Under the pieces are notes generated by a model. It was not told the DNA's origin and searched no databases. It saw only the letters and a list, made by a program, of their open reading frames with translations. A stretch of DNA of 64,000 nucleotides, taken from positions 160,001 to 224,000 of the forward strand of contig CAVTJJ010000006.1 in NCBI GenBank assembly GCA_963735035.1, given 5' to 3'. Of this stretch, positions 45,520 through 55,640 are shown piece by piece. The stretch's first letter is position 1; the number at the start of each line of letters is the position of its first letter. The translations under genes were made by a program, and so were the position numbers. This DNA comes from an uncultured candidate division Zixibacteria bacterium (GTDB lineage Bacteria > Zixibacteria > MSB-5A5 > GN15 > FEB-12).

Positions 45520-45765
45520 ATGCACCCCTTTCCGCCAGGGTTACCAGTGACAGGTTTCAAGTACCATATATGGAGTACTCACTCGATTGTCAACTTATTC
45601 TACGAGCCGGCAGATGTGGGCATCTGCCGGGCACTATATCTCATACTGCAGCCGGTCCGCCACGGCGGATCACCGTCTGCCGCTTTCCTCAAACACCTTG
45701 CCGAAGGGTAATCCAGTGGGTAAGTTGGAGGGGATCGGTAGGTGTTCAAATAAGAAGGTAGTCTT

Positions 45766-46560
45766 GTGAAGATCGGCTTCATACAAACCAGCCCGGTGTT
45801 AGGACAGACAGATCAGAATCTCGCGCGAATTGAGGAACTGATTCGTCAGACTGAAGGCGCTGATCTGCTCGTTCTGCCCGAATTGTGCCACTGTGGTTAT
45901 CGATTTGAATCGCGGCAAGAAGCCTGGGCGTTGTCCGAGACCGTCGCCGACAGCCGAATTGTTCACCTGCTACACGCTTTGTGCAAGGAACGCCACCTGC
46001 ACCTAGTCGTCGGGTTGAATGAACGAGAGGGCGACAAGCTCTACAATACGGCGGTGCTGATAGGACCAAGTGGCCTGATGGGCAAGTATCGCAAGATGCA
46101 TTTGTATTTGAATGAAAAGGACATTTTCGAGCCCGGCAATCTGGGGTTGCCCATATATGACATCGGTTTGTGTCGAATCGGGATGCTGATATGTTTCGAT
46201 TGGAGGTTCCCCGAAGTCTGGCGGATTCTGGCCCTCAAGGGAGCCGACATTATCTGTCACCCTTCGAATCTGGTAACACCTGGTCTTTGCCAGAAGACGC
46301 TTCCGGCGCATGCACTCTGCAATCTGGTGTATGTGATAACGGCGAACCGGATCGGGACCGAACGCGATCTGACTTTTACGGGTCTATCAACTATGGTTGA
46401 TCCCAGAGGCAACGTGCTGTTGCAGGCGTCGCCCGACCGTGAAGAAATCGGGCTGGTCGAGATTGATCCTGCCATATCTCGTAATAAACAGACCACTCCT
46501 CGCAATAATTTGTTTAATGACCGTCGCCCCGGCGATTACGGAGAACTGTTGAAAATGTAG
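45766..46560 (+). CDS. Carbon-nitrogen hydrolase (nitrilase family)
   Basis: LVLPEL (Glu), YRKMHL (Lys), ICFDW (Cys) catalytic triad. Confidence 0.92.
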   Translation: MKIGFIQTSPVLGQTDQNLARIEELIRQTEGADLLVLPELCHCGYRFESRQEAWALSETVADSRIVHLLHALCKERHLHLVVGLNEREGDKLYNTAVLIGPSGLMGKYRKMHLYLNEKDIFEPGNLGLPIYDIGLCRIGMLICFDWRFPEVWRILALKGADIICHPSNLVTPGLCQKTLPAHALCNLVYVITANRIGTERDLTFTGLSTMVDPRGNVLLQASPDREEIGLVEIDPAISRNKQTTPRNNLFNDRRPGDYGELLKM

Positions 46561-46605
46561 TAGTGGTAGGTCGGGATCCTGGCTGTCCCGACGGTGAAAT
46601 ATGAT

Positions 46606-48418
46606 ATGAAATTCCTTCCGACTACATCCGACGAATTAAGACAGCTTGGCTGGAATGAACTGGATATCATTCTGGTTACTGGCGACGCCTATATCGACAG
46701 CCCGTTTATGGGCGTGGCTACAATCGGCCGGGTGCTGGCGAAAGCCGGATTTCGTGTCGGTATTATCGCCCAGCCCGACATCAACTCAGAGAAGGATATC
46801 ACCCGCCTTGGCGAGCCGCGTCTCTTCTGGGGGGTAAGCGGAGGATCGATTGACTCGATGGTCGCCAACTACACCGCGACCAAGAAGAAACGCCGCTCCG
46901 ATGACTACACGCCGGGTGGAATTAATGACCGCCGTCCGGACCGTGCTCTGATCGTCTATAGTAATTTGATCCGACGTTATTTCAAGCAGACCCGACCGAT
47001 TGTTCTCGGCGGGGTCGAGGCGAGCATGCGACGCATCGCGCACTATGACTATTGGTCAGACAACGTGCGCAAGTCGGTCCTGTTCGACGCCAAGGCTGAG
47101 TTTTTGGTCTACGGCATGGGGGAGAGAGCGGTAGTCGAATTAGCCCAAGCAATAGACCGCAAACAGGATCCGTCGGGCTTGCGCGGGCTGTGCTATCGTC
47201 TCGAGTCAACAACCGACCGGTTGCGAAGAACTGCCTTCGTATGAGCAGGTAGCGGTCGACAAGCTGGCGTTTATCGATATGTTCAAGCAGTTCTATCTCA
47301 ATAACGACTCGATTACGTCCCATACACTTTGTCAGAAGCAGGATACTCGATATCTCGTTCAGAATCCGCCCGCGATACCATTGTCGACGAAAGAGCTGGA
47401 TGCTGTCCACGAACTCGATTTCACCGGCGATGTTCACCCGTACTATGCCCGTCAGGGTGAAGTCAAAGCGCTCGAAACGATTCGATTCGCACTGACGACC
47501 CACCGTGGCTGCTACGGCGAATGTAATTTCTGCTCGATCACGGTTCATCAGGGACGCACGGTCCAATGGCGCAGCGAAGAATCGATTGTCAACGAGGCGC
47601 GACGCCTGGCCAGTTTGCCCGATTTCAAAGGTTACATTAGCGATGTCGGCGGGCCGACCGCCAACATGTACGGTTTCGAGTGCGATAAGAAGCTCGCCGA
47701 AGGAGCGTGTCCACACAAGCGCTGTATCTATCCGAAGGTCTGCAAGGACCTAAAGGTCGATCACAGTCGGCAAACACGGCTGCTTACCCGATTGCGGAAG
47801 ATTCCCAGAGTCAAGAAGGTGTTTGTCGCGTCGGGTGTTCGACATGATCTGGTACTGGCCGACCATGGCCACGGGCTCGTGTACATGAAGGAGATGGTGG
47901 GTCATCACGTGTCGGGTCAGATGAAGATTGCGCCGGAGCATACTGAAGCCCGGGTGCTGAAGAAAATGGGGAAGCCGTCGCAGGAATCACTCGTCGGATT
48001 TGCCAATCTGTTCTACGAACTCTCCCACAAAGCGGACAAACAGCAGTTCCTGACCTACTACCTGATTGCCGCGCACCCCGGCTGTACGCTGGAAGACATG
48101 CAAGCGCTCAAGAACTACACCCAGGGGAAACTCCGTATCAACCCGGAGCAGGTACAGGTGTACACACCGCTGCCATCAACGTATTCCGCCCTTATGTACT
48201 ACACCGAGATTGACCCGATTTCAGGAAAGCGGTTGTTTGTTGAGAAGAATATGGCCGGCAAGGAAGAGCAGAAGAATGTTTTGACCGCCAAGCCTGTCAG
48301 ACCACGACCAACCCGACCGGCTAAAGCTGTCGTCAAACGTGCTCCGGCCGAGCGCGGGGTAAAGCCGCGCGGACCTCGTACCGCACTTCGCCGCGGCGGA
48401 AAGAAACATGATCGCTAA
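46606..48418 (+). CDS. YgiQ-family (UPF0313) radical SAM protein, +1 insertion near 47197
   Basis: GDAYIDSP, DSMVANYT, RPDRA, EASMRRIAHYDYW; after the shift HRGCYGECNFC, DVGGPTANMY, APEH, IAAHPG; removing C47197 restores CYVSSQQPTGCEELPSYE. Confidence 0.9.
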
Positions 48419-48492
48419 GTTCAGTATAGTCAAACGATTACATATGGCATTGTCGTATCATCTCATGAACTAAGGTGCGATGGAGGTGTATT

Positions 48493-49218
48493 ATGGCAAC
48501 GAAGACCAAACGAGCAGGCAAGGCGGGCAAGAAGGCAGCTCGCCCGTCGAAAAAGACCACAAACACGGCAAAGAAACGCAAGGTGCCGGTGAAGGCGAAA
48601 AGCGCCAAGACGGTCAAGCGTCTGGTGCGGAGCGCGGCGAAGCCCAAGACGCTCAGCGTCGGACGGCAAATCATGGCGCTCGAGGAGAAAATTCGGGAAG
48701 AAAAGACCGAGCTGGCGGCGCTTCGCAAGAAGCTGAAACCGGTCGAAGTGCCTGACTATGTCTTCAAAGCCCACGACGGCTCCGAGGTCAAACTCTCGGA
48801 GATGTTCGGCTCGCGTAAAGACCTAATCATGGTTCACAACATGGGGAAGGGATGTCCGTACTGCACGCTCTGGGCGGATGGATTTGTAGGATTCACCAAG
48901 CATCTGGAGAACCGGACGCCGTTTGTCGTGGTCTCCAAAGACCCGGTTGACGTTCAGCGCGATTTCTACAATAGCCGGGGATGGAATTTCCGGATGTACT
49001 CGTCGCACGGGACGACGTTTAATCGTGACGTGCAATTCGAGACTGAAACCGGCGGACAGATGCCCGGCGTGTCGGCATTCTTCAAGGACGATAATGGGCG
49101 AATCTTCCGGGCGGCGTATACCTATTTCGGCCCGGGGGACGATTTCTGTTCCATCTGGCCCATGCTCAGTCTATTGAAAGACGGCCAGGCGGGCTGGGAA
49201 CCGAAATACCAATATTAG
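48493..49218 (+). CDS. DUF899-family thioredoxin-like protein with Lys/Ala-rich N-terminal extension
   Basis: RBS GGAGG; EV.DY.F..G.V.LSEMFG..L..HNMG..CPYCTLWADG; PGVSAF; GDDFC. Confidence 0.8.
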   Translation: MATKTKRAGKAGKKAARPSKKTTNTAKKRKVPVKAKSAKTVKRLVRSAAKPKTLSVGRQIMALEEKIREEKTELAALRKKLKPVEVPDYVFKAHDGSEVKLSEMFGSRKDLIMVHNMGKGCPYCTLWADGFVGFTKHLENRTPFVVVSKDPVDVQRDFYNSRGWNFRMYSSHGTTFNRDVQFETETGGQMPGVSAFFKDDNGRIFRAAYTYFGPGDDFCSIWPMLSLLKDGQAGWEPKYQY

Positions 49219-49238
49219 GTTGGTGTGACCCGCGAAGA

Positions 49239-50036
49239 CTAGTCTTTCGGAACCGGGAAGGGTATCCATTCCTTTGTACTGTCGTTCCACCTGTATTGCA
49301 TAGACGGATCTTTTCGATAGGTGCCAGCGTCAAACGGGGCCGTCTCTGTTTCAATATTCAAAATCACGATTTCATTAGCTTTCAAGTCTTTGCCAGTCAG
49401 TTGAGGTAGCGCAGTGTGGCCGCAGAAGTCGTACATTGCGGGTATATTCCATTCTTCAATACCGTTGTAATCACCTTTAACAGTTGGCATACGAATCCCT
49501 ACGGTTATGTCCGATCTTTGCTCCTGCACTATGGTATGAGTCTTGATCTTAATTCTTGCGTGGATCGCTGTGTGATTCTTTATGCGAATCCAGATATGGT
49601 CTAACGTGGAGCGTAATTGCGTTGAGGTGCTAAGTTGCACAGTTACGGCTGGACGTGTGATGATGGCATTATGGTCTCGAGTAGCGGCAGCGATCTCGAT
49701 GGTTTTCTTGACATACACATATAGACCGCCTACGCCAGCCAAGGTTAGAAGTAGGTACACGATTTCATACGGACTAAGCTTTCCCTTGACGGCGAGGATC
49801 ACAATAATCGTGAAGGTAATTCCCACGGCACAAGTAATGAACTTGCTAATATTGGCGAGCCAGTATGACGAAGATTTGCTGAGACTTAACAACATACCGA
49901 CAGCACCGAGAACGATTACGCCAATCCATAAGTTCTTATGACCAAACAGGTCTACATAGGACGCTACAGCTCCGAGGATTACTACACAAAGACTAACCAT
50001 CGGATACCAGAATCTTTTTTCAAACCTCATATACAT
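49239..50036 (-). CDS. Hypothetical membrane protein (about 4 N-terminal TMs), AT-richer than its neighbours
   Basis: 265-aa ORF; hydrophobic N-terminal half; lies just 3' of tRNA-Arg(TCG). Confidence 0.6.
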   Translation of the reverse strand: MYMRFEKRFWYPMVSLCVVILGAVASYVDLFGHKNLWIGVIVLGAVGMLLSLSKSSSYWLANISKFITCAVGITFTIIVILAVKGKLSPYEIVYLLLTLAGVGGLYVYVKKTIEIAAATRDHNAIITRPAVTVQLSTSTQLRSTLDHIWIRIKNHTAIHARIKIKTHTIVQEQRSDITVGIRMPTVKGDYNGIEEWNIPAMYDFCGHTALPQLTGKDLKANEIVILNIETETAPFDAGTYRKDPSMQYRWNDSTKEWIPFPVPKD

Positions 50037-50189
50037 ATCTCCCGAAGAATTGGGCGAGCTTTAGTTAATTTGACCCCTGGAGTTAGTCCGTTGTCCTATC
50101 GGTAGCTCGCCATCTTTTGGTCGATTTCTCCACCTCGGCTCAAATATGAACCTTCCCGGGTCAGGCAGATGCTGCCCTCCGGATTAGTC

Positions 50190-50263
50190 TACCCCCGACA
50201 GGACTCGAACCTGTGACCCTCTGCTTCGAAGGCAGATGCTCTATCCAGCTGAGCTACGGGGGC
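50190..50263 (-). tRNA. tRNA-Arg, anticodon TCG; CCA not encoded
   Basis: GCCCCCGTAGCTCAGCTGGATAGAGCATCTGCCT-TCG-AAGCAGAGGGTCACAGGTTCGAGTCCTGTCGGGGGTA folds as a cloverleaf. Confidence 0.96.
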
Positions 50264-50322
50264 GTTGATTGCCGTCGTGCCCTGATACAGACTAACCGCC
50301 GTATGATCAGGACTGCAGATCT

Positions 50323-50352
50323 ATTATAGGCTTCTAACGATACTCGTGGAAA
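50323..50352 (-). promoter_or_regulatory. Promoter of tRNA-Arg(TCG)
   Basis: Minus strand TTTCCA-N18-TATAAT, same offset as the copy at 60944-60973. Confidence 0.6.
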
Positions 50353-50441
50353 GTCCTTTTTGCAGTCTGTTTGGGTCAGAACTTGCCCTGTAAGAGCAGT
50401 CTTGCAGGCACCTGGCGTTCCCGAGAACGTATACAATCAAC

Positions 50442-50468
50442 TCCAGCCTGCAGGTAATCTGCCGATAA
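50442..50468 (+). promoter_or_regulatory. sigma28-like promoter for the single-domain response regulator
   Basis: TCCAG-N14-GCCGATAA, about 50 nt upstream of ATG 50521. Confidence 0.5.
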
Positions 50469-50520
50469 ATGGCATAGAGGCGGGTCCACCCGGGTATCAA
50501 ATGCCAGTAGGGAAAGCGAA

Positions 50521-50943
50521 ATGTCACAAAATACAACGAAGCGTCATTCGATTTTGATTGTGGATGACGAAACCTCTGTCCTGAAGGCTTTGAAACGGCT
50601 ACTCAGTGACGAGGACTACAATGTATATACGGCGGGTAATTACAGAGAGACCATGGAGTTGTTGACCAAACACACATTCTCGGTCGTCATAACCGATTTC
50701 AAAATGCCCGGCATTTGCGGTGACGACCTCCTTGATGTTATCAAGGCCAGGTCTCCACAGACCATTCGCGTCATGCTGTCCGGCGCTTCCGATACCAAGT
50801 CGGTACCGTCGACAATTGCGGACGGCATTCTGCATTGCCAATTGTTCATAGGCAAACCCTGGAATGACGACGAGTTGCTAAGCACTATTAGGAAATGTGT
50901 CTCAGAATACGAGAGCAGCGAAAAGATTCGCTCCACCACATAA
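50521..50943 (+). CDS. Single-domain response regulator (REC only)
   Basis: ILIVDDE; VITDFKMPG; MLSG; KPW. Confidence 0.9.
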   Translation: MSQNTTKRHSILIVDDETSVLKALKRLLSDEDYNVYTAGNYRETMELLTKHTFSVVITDFKMPGICGDDLLDVIKARSPQTIRVMLSGASDTKSVPSTIADGILHCQLFIGKPWNDDELLSTIRKCVSEYESSEKIRSTT

Positions 50944-51052
50944 TCCAATCCTACAGGTGGATCCGCTGATCATAGGATCATAACTCGTCCTATCCAAATC
51001 CGAACTGCGTTCGGAAATCAGCATTTGCGAGCAAAGATAGATGTCCTGGCAG

Positions 51053-52231
51053 TCAGCGGTTAGTACCGACCGGAACTGTCTTCGAATCAGCCAATTCCGC
51101 TGAAACGGTCTGAACCGGAATATGCACACTGAATGTCGTGCCCACTCCGGGTGAACTCTCGACCTTGACAAATCCGCCCTTGTCCCTCACGATTCGGTCT
51201 ACGACCGATAGCCCTATACCTGTTCCCTGGCTCTTAGTGGTGAAGAACGGTTCGAAGATGTGTGGCAGCGCCTCGGGGCTGATTCCGCACCCGGTGTCAC
51301 CCACTGTGACCACGACAAAGTGACCGGGCGCCACCGTTTCGGCGTCGGCTTCGTCGAGGCTGAGGGTTCTCTCGCTGACCTGCACAGTCAGAGTCCCGGC
51401 CTTGTCCATCGCATGTACTGCGTTTATGAGCAGATTCATCAAGACCTGATGCAGCGAAGACGCCTTCACCTCGGCGTGTAATCGCAATTCCGGGTTGGTC
51501 CACTCGACGGCAATATCTTTTGGAACGAGAACTTTGAGCAAATCGAGGCTTTCCTCTACCACGGCACCGGCGTCGCTGGATTGCGCCTCTGCGGAGCTGT
51601 GGCGACCGAGATCGCGAATCTGCCTGACGAGGTGGGCGGCATGCCGGGCGGCCTGGATTACTCTTTGGAGCTGAGGGTTAATGTCCGGATTATCGGTCTT
51701 ATTCATGACCAATTCGGCGTTGCCTACGATGGCGGACATGATATTGTTCAAATCATGAGCCGCCTGGCTCGCCAGGATTCCCGCGATCTCCATTTTCTGC
51801 GCCTGGACGATCTGGGCGGTCAGAATGTCATTCTGTCTGGCAAGTTGGTCATGATAGGCTTTCAGGCGCATAACGTTCCGCAGACGGGCACAGAGTTCGG
51901 TTGGGTCGGCAGGTTTGCTGACGAATTCCGAAGCGCCGAGATCCAGCGCGACGTTCTTGACGGATGATTCGTCGCTGCCGGTCAACATGATTACCGGAAT
52001 GTGCTGCGTGGCTGGATTCGCTTTCAAACGGGTAAGAAGCTCGACCCCGTCCATTCCGGGCATCCGCACGTCGGTGACCACGACATCGATACCACCGCGC
52101 ATAACGCGTTCAAGAGCCGCCTCAGCGGAACCAGCCGTTTCGGTCTCGGCCTCTAAGGAATATGAGCGCACCATGCGCTGAAGACTCCGGGGGATCGAAG
52201 GCTCATCATCCACGAACAATATTCGGTGCAT
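51053..52231 (-). CDS. Hybrid REC-histidine kinase
   Basis: ILFVDDE..TDVRMPGMDG..KP; AAHDLNN; NLLINAVHA; DTGCGI; FEPFFTTK..GTGIGL. Confidence 0.92.
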   Translation of the reverse strand: MHRILFVDDEPSIPRSLQRMVRSYSLEAETETAGSAEAALERVMRGGIDVVVTDVRMPGMDGVELLTRLKANPATQHIPVIMLTGSDESSVKNVALDLGASEFVSKPADPTELCARLRNVMRLKAYHDQLARQNDILTAQIVQAQKMEIAGILASQAAHDLNNIMSAIVGNAELVMNKTDNPDINPQLQRVIQAARHAAHLVRQIRDLGRHSSAEAQSSDAGAVVEESLDLLKVLVPKDIAVEWTNPELRLHAEVKASSLHQVLMNLLINAVHAMDKAGTLTVQVSERTLSLDEADAETVAPGHFVVVTVGDTGCGISPEALPHIFEPFFTTKSQGTGIGLSVVDRIVRDKGGFVKVESSPGVGTTFSVHIPVQTVSAELADSKTVPVGTNR

Positions 52232-52305
52232 GTCGCACGTCTCCTTGTTTTGCTCAATCACATCTGGACTGCTGTTGCTTGATCCGTGTTCGGTCGACGC
52301 GTTGT

Positions 52306-53163
52306 TCAGTGCGTATCCAGAATTGCGCGCTGAGCTTCTTCAACGTCATCCAGCGCCCGCCGGAGAGCGGTCTCCAGGTGGCTCATGTCAAGTCCGAGCG
52401 TTTCCAACGCCTGGGGATCGAACTCCGTCACGAAATACCGACCGCTGTTGCCGATCTGCATTGCATGACAAAGAGTGTCAGCAATATTGATAGTCGCTAC
52501 CAGGCGGCGATGTTTTGTCGCCAGCCCCGGAGTATGGTGATACCGGATCGCCGTCGTTACGCCGTCCGGGAAACGCCACTTCTCTGCCAATTGTGCACCA
52601 AGCTGCTGATGATCGACTCCGAAGAATTTCTTTTCCCGGCTTATATCGTAGGCCACCACGCCGTCGGCGAGGAAAGCCGAGAAGCGTTGCGGATCGGCTT
52701 TCAGCATCAACAGACGGCCGATATCGTGAAGGATTCCCGACGAGAGCGCTTCGCCCTGAACATCGGAATTCTCTCCCGACATCAGACGTTTGGCCAGAAT
52801 ACCCACGCCAAAAGAGTGTCGCCAGAAGTCGTTGGCATTAAGAACGGAACTGCCGGAGCCGAGGGCGTGAAGTACGGAGGTCGCCAGAAGCAACTGGTGG
52901 ACCGCGTTGAGACCGAGCATCGTGACGGCTTCTTCCACCGAGGTGACCTGACGGGCAAATCCGTAGAACGGCGAATTGACCAATTTCAATATCCGTGCTG
53001 TGAACGCCTGATCGGTCTTGACAATATCCGCTATCTCGTGGCCGCTGCTGGCATCCGAGGAGATCAGGGAATAGAGCCGCTGGACCACAAATGGCGGGGA
53101 AGGCAGATCGATGCGCTTCTGCAGGATCATTACAGCATTTTTGTCTACTGATTCTGTTGGCAT
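52306..53163 (-). CDS. HDOD domain protein
   Basis: LPSPP; DQAFTARILKLVNSPFYG; FWRHS; GILHDIGRL; AIRYHH. Confidence 0.92.
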   Translation of the reverse strand: MPTESVDKNAVMILQKRIDLPSPPFVVQRLYSLISSDASSGHEIADIVKTDQAFTARILKLVNSPFYGFARQVTSVEEAVTMLGLNAVHQLLLATSVLHALGSGSSVLNANDFWRHSFGVGILAKRLMSGENSDVQGEALSSGILHDIGRLLMLKADPQRFSAFLADGVVAYDISREKKFFGVDHQQLGAQLAEKWRFPDGVTTAIRYHHTPGLATKHRRLVATINIADTLCHAMQIGNSGRYFVTEFDPQALETLGLDMSHLETALRRALDDVEEAQRAILDTH

Positions 53164-53330
53164 GTGTCCCTCTCCCGGATTCTGTCGGCATGCACTTTCT
53201 TGACTATGGCTGCGATCTCTTGTATCTGGTCATGATGTAGCACCATGGCCAGGCACCGATCTACCCGTTCATCGAAATCGTCCTTTGGTCCCGTTGGAGT
53301 TGTTACCGGAATCGAATCAGTTTCTGTCAT
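53145..53330 (-). CDS. Small hypothetical protein (61 aa) coupled to the HDOD gene
   Basis: RBS GGAGG before ATG 53330; overlaps the HDOD start. Confidence 0.55.
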   Translation of the reverse strand: MTETDSIPVTTPTGPKDDFDERVDRCLAMVLHHDQIQEIAAIVKKVHADRIRERDTCQQNQ

Positions 53331-53458
53331 ACAGCCTCCCACAAGCGGGTCCGCACGATTACTATGCAGTAGTCTACTTCACCGATCGTAACGTACGCCG
53401 CTCAAAATCCCTTTTCACCAGCTCCTACCGTTATCATTGTCGCCCCAGGCGTCTCTTG

Positions 53459-54775
53459 CTACGCCAGCATGAGCGCGTTTTTCTTCGCAACCCCGCTCTT
53501 GTAAATGCGCACGACCTCGGCCACCGGATCGACGGCATTGATCTTTTGTATCCTGCCTATCATGCCAATTGACAGGGTCGCGCCGCGCGGCAGGAGAAAC
53601 ATGCCGTTCTTCGTTCGTATATCGTGAGCCACGACCATGCCCTCTTTCAATTCTCCGGGTTTTACTCCCATGATTTCGGTCACTTCACCCTCGAAGAGCA
53701 GTCGCGCCACGTCCAGATCTATGAATCTCTTGACCATCTCCGGATCGAACTTTGTCCCCGAGTGCTGCACGATATGGGCCGCAGAGCGGTTAAGGGTGGC
53801 CAGATCGGGGTAGCTGTTTACGAACGCTACATGATCAAATTCGTCCAATAGTCGAATGGCCCTCGCCCCCAGAGGAATGGCCGTGCCGTTCAGGCTGTCG
53901 GGGTAGCCCATGCCATCGTAGTCTTCATGGTGATGCCTGATTATGAGGCCGATTTCCTCGAATCCGGAAATGGCGTAGACACAGCTCTGTCCCAGTATAG
54001 GGTGTTGACGGATCAAATCCTGGTCGGCGCTCACAATATCCATGGGAGACTTTTTTGCGACGCGGTCCGGCAGCGCTATCTTGCCGATATCGTGCAGGAA
54101 CGCCGCCACGACTATGTCCTGCGTCTGTTTTTCGTCGAGCGACATGCCACTGATCATCCGTTTGGCCAGACTGGCCACGCGCTGGGAATGACTACCGATC
54201 TCCTGAAAGCGCATTTCGATTATGGTGGAGAACGCTTTGATCGTCTCCATGAAGCTCTGTCTGAGTTCGTCGTTCTGGCCGCGAATTTCCTTGGTTTGTT
54301 CCTGGACCTGCTGATGAAGACTGACATTCAGTTGTTTGAGCTTTTGGTTCTGGACTTCTGTCAGATGTTGCAGGCGACGATTCTCCTGCGTGACGCGGCT
54401 CATATCCAGCGACTCTTTTATGCGGCTCAAGACCGCCTCGTCATCCCACGGTTTCGTCAGGTAGTACTTAACGGCGCCGCTGTTGATAGCCTCGATGGTT
54501 GCAGTGATATCGGCGTAGCCGGTCAGGAGAATGCGGACGCTGTCGGGGCAGATAGCTCGTGATTGGGCCAGAAACTCAACCCCGGCGAGGCGGGGCATCC
54601 GCTGGTCGGAGATGATGATGTCGGCCGGATGCGCTTTCAAGACGTCAAGCGCTTCGAGGCCATCCGCAGCGACTACCAGCTCGACGTCGAGCGGCTTCAG
54701 CAACCGCAATAGGGCCTTGCGAATCAGTTCCTCGTCGTCGACAATAAGAATGGTCTGCTTGGCTTCATTGGCCAT
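53459..54775 (-). CDS. REC-HD-GYP response regulator (RpfG-like cyclic dinucleotide phosphodiesterase)
   Basis: REC (ISDQRMP); HSQRV; LHDIGK; HHHEDYDGMGYP; IPLGAR; GTKFDP. Confidence 0.88.
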   Translation of the reverse strand: MANEAKQTILIVDDEELIRKALLRLLKPLDVELVVAADGLEALDVLKAHPADIIISDQRMPRLAGVEFLAQSRAICPDSVRILLTGYADITATIEAINSGAVKYYLTKPWDDEAVLSRIKESLDMSRVTQENRRLQHLTEVQNQKLKQLNVSLHQQVQEQTKEIRGQNDELRQSFMETIKAFSTIIEMRFQEIGSHSQRVASLAKRMISGMSLDEKQTQDIVVAAFLHDIGKIALPDRVAKKSPMDIVSADQDLIRQHPILGQSCVYAISGFEEIGLIIRHHHEDYDGMGYPDSLNGTAIPLGARAIRLLDEFDHVAFVNSYPDLATLNRSAAHIVQHSGTKFDPEMVKRFIDLDVARLLFEGEVTEIMGVKPGELKEGMVVAHDIRTKNGMFLLPRGATLSIGMIGRIQKINAVDPVAEVVRIYKSGVAKKNALMLA

Positions 54776-55640
54776 GTTCCGCTCCTGCGGTTGCATTGGT
54801 TGCGAGTGTCATCTTTTCGCCGCTTTCCCGATAGCGTTCAACGTTGATGTAGCCCAGGAGCGCCACGGCCCCGGACTGTTTTGTAAGCGGCGTGCATACT
54901 ATTCCCACTCCAGGCTGCTTATTGTAAGCTGAGCTGGCCACCTGGCCGCTCTGAAGGGTCTCTTTCATTACCGCATAAACCTCCGGGTCGAGCACTTCTG
55001 AGGCGTCGCGGCCAAGTTCAATCCCTGACGCGTCCACAAACCGGGCCAGGGTGCCGTTCATATAGACGATAGTATCATCGGAGTCCATGCCGATTACGCC
55101 GACGGGGAGCAGGTCCAGGATACTGTGGGCGATACTGACCGCACGCGACTTCTGCTCAAGATCGCGGGTGCGGCCCTGTACCTTGGTTTCCAGGTCTTCT
55201 GCCAATCTGGTAAGGGCGGAGTTGGTAGATCGGAGTTCCTGCAACAGAGTTTCGTTTTCCCGTTTGAGGAAGGAATGTTCGAATGCCCGCTTTACCGTGG
55301 ACAACAATTCCTGGTCGTTCCACGGCTTGGCCAGGAATTTGTAGATTTCGCCCTGATTGATCGCGTCGACAACCGCCTCGACATCGGCAAAACCGCTCAA
55401 GATCATGCGCACCGTGTCAGGGTACTCTGCCTTCACTTTCGCCAGAAATTCGACCCCATTCATCTCCGGCATCCGGTAGTCGGATATGACCAGATGTACC
55501 GGTTCCTTTGCGAGAAACTCCAGACCTTCCTTCCCGGAATTAGCCAGCAATACCTTGTATTCAGTATCCATGAACAGGCGACGAAGAGATTTCTGGACGT
55601 TAACTTCGTCGTCCACGACGAGTACGGTATAATCACTCAT
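54765..55640 (-). CDS. Response regulator with coiled coil and C-terminal PAS-like domain
   Basis: VLVVDDE; ISDYRMPEMNG; KPWNDQEL; LPVGVIGMD..IVYMN. Confidence 0.88.
   Translation of the reverse strand: MSDYTVLVVDDEVNVQKSLRRLFMDTEYKVLLANSGKEGLEFLAKEPVHLVISDYRMPEMNGVEFLAKVKAEYPDTVRMILSGFADVEAVVDAINQGEIYKFLAKPWNDQELLSTVKRAFEHSFLKRENETLLQELRSTNSALTRLAEDLETKVQGRTRDLEQKSRAVSIAHSILDLLPVGVIGMDSDDTIVYMNGTLARFVDASGIELGRDASEVLDPEVYAVMKETLQSGQVASSAYNKQPGVGIVCTPLTKQSGAVALLGYINVERYRESGEKMTLATNATAGAEHGQ

Noticed and set aside
46606..48418. Radical SAM enzyme as the tailoring enzyme for the 25-aa peptide
   Set aside because: It is a YgiQ/UPF0313-family protein 40 kb away, with no RRE or SPASM domain.
50163..50173. 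11-nt AGGCAGATGCT match to the tRNA interior just 3' of tRNA-Arg(TCG), as a possible att remnant
   Set aside because: Too short, not the tRNA 3' end, and no integrase nearby.
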